From Octopus bimaculoides (Eukaryota), in the NCBI RefSeq assembly GCF_001194135.2, contig NC_068983.1, positions 4,387,405 to 4,424,667 of the forward strand: a stretch of 37,263 nt of DNA, read 5' to 3'. The translations under genes were made by a program, and so were the position numbers. The notes beneath the pieces are model-generated. The model had not been told where the DNA came from and did not search any database. It saw nothing but the letters and a program-made list of their open reading frames with translations. Shown here in pieces: positions 30,934 through 37,263 of the stretch; position 1 is the stretch's first letter, and each line of letters begins with the position of its first letter.

Positions 30934-31617
30934 GTAAGTCGCAGATTTTTGATTACGATAACATTTTTATCTTATCTAATTCCATTTGCATTCATAAATC
31001 TTTGATTAGATTCCCGAACTAAATTTTTTTATTTTATTTTATGCTCTGTCTAATTAACTATAAAGCTTTATACCTAATTAATTATAATTATATGATGTTA
31101 CTCAGCGTACCGGCAAGTTAAATCCGTGATCAGGGTTCGCTCACCACCCGCTTAAAGCTGTTTCATTTACATTTAAAAATGCATGAACGTCACACCATCT
31201 CATTTTCCCTTATCCTAAATGTGAAACTTTGGGTCTATGTAAGGAATCAATACGTTTGAATTTAATTCTTTTTAAAAAATCGTTTGACTGACGACACTTG
31301 GATATTAAAGACCCGAGTTTATTTATTTATTTTTTTATGTGGAAGTGTGCGTTATATTGAAATGTTAAACTCGGCGAATCTACCTCACTTCCAGGTTTCG
31401 ATTCCTGGTTGGAACAGCATCATTCCATTAAAGGTTTAACCCTTAAAAAAAATCTAACACAAGAACACAAATTTTGATGGACAGGCAATGAACAACTGTT
31501 CCTTTGTATATGACTGGTATGTATTTTCATGATCCTGGGAGAATAAGAAACGAAATTGATTTTGACTAGATTTCTTCTCAAAAGGCAAAGGACCATTCTA
31601 AATATAACCTTTCCTAG

Positions 31618-31663
<46 letters not shown>

Positions 31664-31904
31664 TAATAATAATAATAATCCCTTCTAGTTTGGCACACGG
31701 CCTGAGATTTTGAAGTGTACCAGTTGAACAGTGGGATCGATTACATCAACCCCAGTGTTCAACTGGTACATTTTTGTATCGGCCCTGAAAAGACAAATGA
31801 CAAAGTTGACCTCAGCAGGATTTGATCTCAGAATGTAAAGAGCAGGAAGAAATGCTACTTAGCCTTTTGCCCAAAGTGTTAACAATTTTGCCAGCTTGCT
31901 GTTT

Positions 31905-31935
<31 letters not shown>

Positions 31936-31936
31936 G

Positions 31937-31989
<53 letters not shown>

Positions 31990-32860
31990 GCACTCAGAGA
32001 GCGCAAACCTCCGCCAAGGCAACACCAATGTCCTCTCAACGATTAGCCAGCGATGATTTTTAAAATAAGAATATCTGAAATAAACTTGATTGCTCTCACA
32101 AACGAGAATGTTAAAATTGAACATGACTGCTCTCAAAAATTAAGTAAAAAAACAAGAAAAATAATCCAGAATCCTTGTCCAGTACTGGATTGATCCCAAA
32201 ATCTAATCAGTTCGTACCAGTCATGAGGTCAAACATTCCTGAAAGTTTCATCCGAATCCATCCGGCAGTTCTTGAGATATCTTGTTCACGGACAAACAAA
32301 CACAAGTGAAAACAATACCTCTGCCTTCATCAAGGTAGAGGTAATAATAATGACGATGATGATGATGATGGTGATTTCTTTTATTAGCCAGGGGGGCATA
32401 GATGAGGAGGACATCACAAGGACAGTCTACAATTTATGTGGGAGTTTGCATAAAAGATGAGGGGAAGGAAAAGGGCTAGATGGTGAAATGAGATAAAAAT
32501 ATACATGGTATACGAAAAATATGATAGCATGAATGATTCAGTCCTTCTGATATAGAAGAACTTCCAATTAAGACCAATCAAGGATCCCCAGAGATCCAGG
32601 ATTACCCTCACCACCAAAGCACGGGCCCACGTCCAACCGTTGTTCTCCACTCTACAGAGGCATACTTAAAGTAGGGCCATTCACTCTAACCATTTTTCAC
32701 AAATTCACTGGGAGATAGCATTTCTTCTCTACTCTCATTTCCCTTTCCAAATGGAACTTAGAAGAAGTCAATGAGGGCTGAACATAAAGTACTAATCAAG
32801 ACCTGGTGTTATTGTCATCCATTTACACTCTTCCCTCAAGATTGCCAGTCTTGTACCAAA

Positions 32861-32893
<33 letters not shown>

Positions 32894-32902
32894 CTTGTTT
32901 TT

Positions 32903-32940
<38 letters not shown>

Positions 32941-35900
32941 TGCCTCTGCACAGCTTCTAACGCGGGAGATGTACTACGGAGTCAGCTGTTCACTATCACT
33001 GAACTAAGGTAACACCTCTTATTTTTCGAGCACCTTCCGGAGTATTCGAACGGTTCCAAATAGTGTTGTTTTCTGCAAGNNNNNNNNNNAGTATTCGAAC
33101 GGTTCCAAATAGTGTTGTTTTCTGCAAGTGCTTCACCCTTATTGCAGCTCCTATTTGTTCCACGTACTTCTCGAGATTTTTGATAACTGTTCCCAGGGCT
33201 CCGACAATTATTAGTACTACTACCACCGTTTTCATCGACCACAACTGCTTAACCTCCCAAGTTAACCTGTCATACCTATCGACTTTTCTTTCTTCCTTAT
33301 CGCATACCTTGTTGTCAGCTGGGCATGCTATATCTATGATCCAGCATAGTTTACTTTCTTTCTCAATTAAGACTACGTCTGGCTTCCTATTCTCTATCTC
33401 ATGGTCGCACAGAATCATAAAATCCCACAGGATCTTTGCATTATCATTTTCGATGATGCCTTCGGGTTTATGATCATACCAATAATTATTATTATTATTT
33501 TATGTTTATTATNNNNNNNNNNNNNNNNNNNNNNNNNNNNNNNNNNNNNNNNNNNNNNNNNNNNNNNNNNNNNNNNNNNNNNNNNNNNNNNNNNNNNNNN
33601 NNNNNNNNNNNNNNNNNNNNNNNNNNNNNNNNNNNNNNNNNNNNNNNNNNNNNNNNNNNNNNNNNNNNNNNNNNNNNNNNNNNNNNNNNNNNNNNNNNNN
33701 NNNNNNNNNNNNNNNNNNNNNNNNNNNNNNNNNNNNNNNNNNNNNNNNNNNNNNNNNNNNNNNNNNNNNNNNNNNNNNNNNNNNNNNNNNNNNNNNNNNN
33801 NNNNNNNNNNNNNNNNNNNNNNNNNNNNNNNNNNNNNNNNNNNNNNNNNNNNNNNNNNNNNNNNNNNNNNNNNNNNNNNNNNNNNNNNNNNNNNNNNNCA
33901 CCATTTTACTTTACTTTTTATAACGAAGGAAATCACTTTTTATATCACTTCCATAGCAACCGCCCTCACTCTATCTCGCCCAGTTTTGGGCGTTCTCCCT
34001 TCTCAAGCCAACCCTCCCAATCTCCTCCTCCACCTGTCCCCTCCACCTTTCCCCCTACCATCGCTCAACAAATATACAATATATATATATATATATAGAT
34101 ATATACACACACACACATATGCACATATCATCATCCCCATCATCATCATCGTTGTTTAACGTCCGCTTTCCATGCTCACATGGGTTGGATGGTTTGACTG
34201 GGAGCTGGCAAACCAGAAGGCTGCACCAGGCTCCAATCCAATCTGGTAAGATTTCTACAGCTGGATGCTCTTCCTAACGCCAGCCATTCCGAGAGTGTAG
34301 TGAGTGCTTTTACATGCCACCAGCACGAGGGCCAGTCAGGCGGTACTGGCATTGGCCATGATCAAATGGTGCTTTTTACATGTCACCTGCACAATCTAAA
34401 TAAAGATAGTTATGGCCAGTTTATAGGAAAATCTGAAGATTTTGAAGAAAGGTTATAAGCCACTGGCCATGGGGTTTTGATGAGACATATGTAAAGCTAA
34501 GCGCGAGTGAGGTAAATGCAGTAAAAAAATGGAGGGGGGGTGTTAGTGGAGCCCCATTTAAGCAGCCCTTCAGAAATTGAACCCCCTTATGATACTCCCT
34601 GGGAGTTCATGGCATGAAATTCGTTGTCATTGCTCCGATTTGGTCACCAATGTATTTAGTTTAAATGCAGTAAAAATAGGGGAGGTCAGTGGTGCCCCAA
34701 TTAGGTGGCCCCTTTAGGACATTCCCTGGGATTAGGGGAGTTGCTGGTTTGAGTTTCGTTGTCCTTGTACCAACAGTCTAGGAGGAGTTAACGAACATAA
34801 AAACATCATTCAAATTTATAACAGGATTAGGAATTGTATAAAAAGAAAAATTGTTAAAATATTTTGTGTATTGTAGAAGTAGAAACAGTTTATTGCAAAT
34901 AAATTATAACCGCAAAATTTTATTTGGCCCCCACCTAAGGGTCACGTGGACTCTGGTTGAGAACCATTGACCTAATCCAGTGGTGTTGCCCACCTCCAGT
35001 GGGGCAGTGGAAAATTCCAAGGGGGCATTGAAGAAAAGTGGGGCAATAATAGAGTAACAAGTCATGTAAAAAGTGGGGCTTAATGGGATGGTGATTCATG
35101 TAAAAGCAACAAAATAATGGGTTCGTTTGGTTAAGTTTTATTTATGAAATACAGTTGCTTTGAGTTTGCTTCAGAGAGAGAGGTCTATGTGTGTGATGGT
35201 TGGTTGGGGTGGGGGTGCTAGGAATGTGGCCTTGATGTCAAGGGGGCGGCAACCAGAAAAAAGTTTGAGAACCACTGGTCTAAACCATTCCTACTAATGA
35301 AAAATATGGAAATTTCTCTGAAAATGTAGGATTTAGGAAGTTTCAACTGAATGTTTGGAAGTTTCTAGGAATAATAAAAATAGTTTTAAAACATATTAAT
35401 CTTTTATTTTTTACTTGTTTCAGTCATAAGACTGCGACCATGCTGGAGCACCACCTTGAAGAATTCTGAACCAAATGAATGAACTCCAGCACTTTTGTTT
35501 TAAAGCCTGGTACTTCTATTGATCTCTTTTGTTAATGGGGATGTAAACAAACCAACACCTGTTGACAAGCAGTGGTGGAGAACAAACAAATACACACACA
35601 CACACACGATACGATGGGCTTCTTTCAGTTTCCATCTACCGAATCCACTCACAAGGCTTTGGTTGGCCCAAGGCTATAGTAGAAGACACTTGCCCAAGGT
35701 GCCATGTAGTGGGACTGAATCCAGAACCACGTGGTTCGTAAGCAAGCTACTTACCACACAGCCACTCCTGTGGCAACAATGTTTTTTTTTTATAAATATT
35801 ATTTCTTTTTGTAATTATTAATTAACGTAGCAATTTATATAGTGTACTAAAACAGGTATGTGGTTGAAAAATTTTTTTTAAAACCCATAATTCATCACAA

Positions 35901-36092
35901 AATCAGCTCACAGATGCAAAAAGAAAGATGGTGGAAAACGGGAGTTGTTAGGCAGAAGATTAATAATGATGATGGGTGAATGTCTTTTATTTTTTTTTTT
36001 TATTGCAGCATTCAGACATGATGGATGAGATGAAGACTGAGACAATGGAGCTTTGTGTTACGGCTTGTGAGAAGTTCTCCAATAACAATGAA
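30862..36092 (+). CDS. DNAL4: Dynein axonemal light chain 4, 5' part (two coding exons; gene continues beyond the window)
   Basis: Spliced peptide MAETTEDKKEPETKRAAHTYPLIR|HSDMMDEMKTETMELCVTACEKFSNNNE matches remembered human DNAL4 FPLVRHSDMPEEMRVETMELCVTACEKFSNNNE. One 5075 bp GT-AG intron, phase 0. Confidence 0.93.
31618..31987 (+). repeat. Two long (TAA)n microsatellites (about 31618-31680 and 31905-31987) flanking a SINE
   Basis: Direct inspection. Confidence 0.9.
31988..32347 (-). mobile_element. Helentron-type non-autonomous element (HINE/DINE-like)
   Basis: Minus strand begins TATTACCTCTACC...GGCAGAGGT (5' inverted repeat) and ends GGCGGAGGT-TT-GCGCTCTCTGAGTGC (subterminal repeat plus 3' hairpin) followed by T-rich sequence. 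Confidence 0.7.
32390..32800 (-). mobile_element. Probable degenerate L1/Tx1-like LINE 3' remnant
   Basis: Frameshifted pieces ALIDFF / KFHLEREMRVE / EMLSPSEFVK / MVRVNGPTLSMPL* followed by a purine/pyrimidine-biased UTR. Family assignment is from memory only. Confidence 0.35.
32910..33480 (-). mobile_element. R4/Dong-like non-LTR retrotransposon 3' end with restriction-like endonuclease domain
   Basis: RKPDVVLIEK...WIIDIACPADNKVCDKEERKVDRYDRL...IIVGALGTV...LQKTTLFGTVRILRKVLEK* (PD...D/ExK RLE pattern), short UTR, (ATG)n tail; flanked on both sides by (TAA)-type microsatellite. Confidence 0.85.
33513..33898. other. Assembly gap (386 N); 10-N gaps also at 2578-2587 and 33080-33089
   Basis: N runs in the sequence. 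Confidence 1.
34978..35277. mobile_element. hAT (Charlie-like) non-autonomous element, relative of 2085-2381
   Basis: Ends CAGTGGTG...TTTGAGAACCACTG; internal TCCAGTGGGGCAGTGGAAAATTCCAAGGG and GGGGCGGC are shared in reverse with 2085-2381. Confidence 0.6.
36009..36092 (+). CDS. DNAL4: DNAL4 second coding exon (28 codons)
   Basis: Poly-T tract with TTGCAG| acceptor; donor GAA|GTATGT. Confidence 0.94.
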
Positions 36093-36944
36093 GTATGTCT
36101 TTCCCCCTCTCTTCTTCTCTTTCACTCTTTCTCATCATCATCATCTCTCCCTCTCTCTCTCACTCTCTCTCTCTTTGTCATATTCTCATCATCATCATTA
36201 TCACAATCAATCAATGTCTGTTTTGTTTCTGTGCTGGCATGTCTTGGACAGCTTGACTGGGAACCAATGAGTTATGGGGCCACATTGAGTTCCAGTGTCA
36301 TCTTTGGCAGGGTTTTCTATGACTGGATGCCCTTCCAAATGCCAACCACTTTAGAAAGTGGAGTGGATGTTCTTTCCATGCCGCCAGCACCAGTAAGGTT
36401 GTAATTTAAACTTGCAGGGCAGAAATGACCAGGGAAAAGCTGCCACTGCTAAGAGGGAAGTGTTTGGAACGGGAAGGTGGAGCTGGGTGGTGGTTGTTTT
36501 TTTCCTTTGCATCATCCAAACTAAAGTATGTTGACATTTCTTGTTTCCACAAATGATGCATCGATGTTCCCTATTTTAGCATCACTGCAACAAATTATAT
36601 ATGTGTATATATATCATCATCATCATCGTTTAACGTCTGTTTTCCACGCTGGCATGGGTTGGACAGTTTGACTGGTGTCTGGCAAGCCAGGTGGCCACAC
36701 CAGGCTCCAATCTGATCTGGCAGAGATTCTACATCTGGATGCCCTTCCTAATAAAGCCAACCACTCAAGAGTGTAGTGGGTGCTTTTTACGTGCCACCAC
36801 CACAGGAGCCAGTCTGGGGGTACTAGCATCGGTAATGATTGGTTGGTGCTTTTTGCATGCCACCAGCACTGGATCTAGCCAGGGGCACTGCCCCCAGCTA
36901 CAGTATTGGCTTTACTTGACCAGGCCCAGCTACGATATTGGTTT

Positions 36945-37263
36945 TACATCCTCACCAGAAATAGGGAAAGAGGGCGGCTTATAAATGCCAAAACCTACCC
37001 AGGCGAAGAATGTACCCCACAACATAGATTAGTAGTTAGCGACTTTGGGATCAAGGCAAAATGGGTGCCCAGAATTAGACAGGCTTGGAGGAGAAGGGTG
37101 TGGAAGCTTAAAGACCCTGTAAATGGACAGAGACTTAGAGACAAGTTACTTGAAGCATTTAACGAAATAGAAGGGGATATAGCATCATACAACGTGGAAG
37201 ACAATTGGAGATTTCTGCGGGACAACCTGTTGAAAGCCACCGACCAGATTTGTGGGTGGTGTA
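36945..37263 (+). mobile_element. RTE-clade LINE fragment: end of AP endonuclease domain plus linker, running off the window end
   Basis: Stop-free frame YILTRNRERGRLINAKTYPGEECTPQHRLVVSDF...WKLKDP...VEDNWRFLRDNLLKATDQICGW; not in the ORF track. Confidence 0.8.

Noticed and set aside
33043-33128. Duplicated segment inside the R4-like element
   Set aside because: The copies flank a 10-N gap, so this is an assembly overlap artefact.
33401-34159. Long ORFs of 131-252 aa in the ORF track
   Set aside because: They are open only because they cross 386 Ns.
35976-36404. 142 aa single-exon protein
   Set aside because: Only 36009-36092 matches DNAL4 and it is bounded by AG/GT; the rest is intron microsatellite and SINE.
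1-37263. CRISPR arrays, operons, rRNA or telomeric (TTAGGG)n arrays
   Set aside because: This is eukaryotic intron-rich DNA; no repeat-spacer array, rRNA-like tract or telomeric array was seen.

Overview
AT-rich, microsatellite- and SINE-dense animal genomic DNA. The repeat families and gene spacing suggest an octopus or other cephalopod draft scaffold (inference). There are three N gaps. Two protein-coding genes are arranged head to head. (1) TELO2/TEL2 lies on the minus strand. I reconstructed it by hand as 19 GT-AG coding exons (26574 down to 1609) with consistent phases, 2559 nt, about 852 aa. (2) The first two coding exons of DNAL4 (axonemal dynein light chain 4) lie on the plus strand (30862-30933, 36009-36092), and the gene continues past the window. 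Introns and flanks hold an uninterrupted Penelope-like (Naiad-type) reverse transcriptase frame at 1-399 that the ORF track misses. They also hold RTE, R4-like and probable Tx1-like LINE fragments, a Tc1 remnant, Tc1/hAT/piggyBac-type MITEs, a Helentron-type element and several SINE families. The most notable observation is a dispersed family of about 270 bp, present five times. It carries a minimal type I hammerhead ribozyme (CTGATGA-stem II-GAAA-CGTT, with stem I closed). In three copies this module is joined through an (AAT)n spacer to a tRNA-like Pol III head, which makes it a candidate ribozyme-bearing SINE. All homology calls come from recalled sequence motifs; no database search was run.
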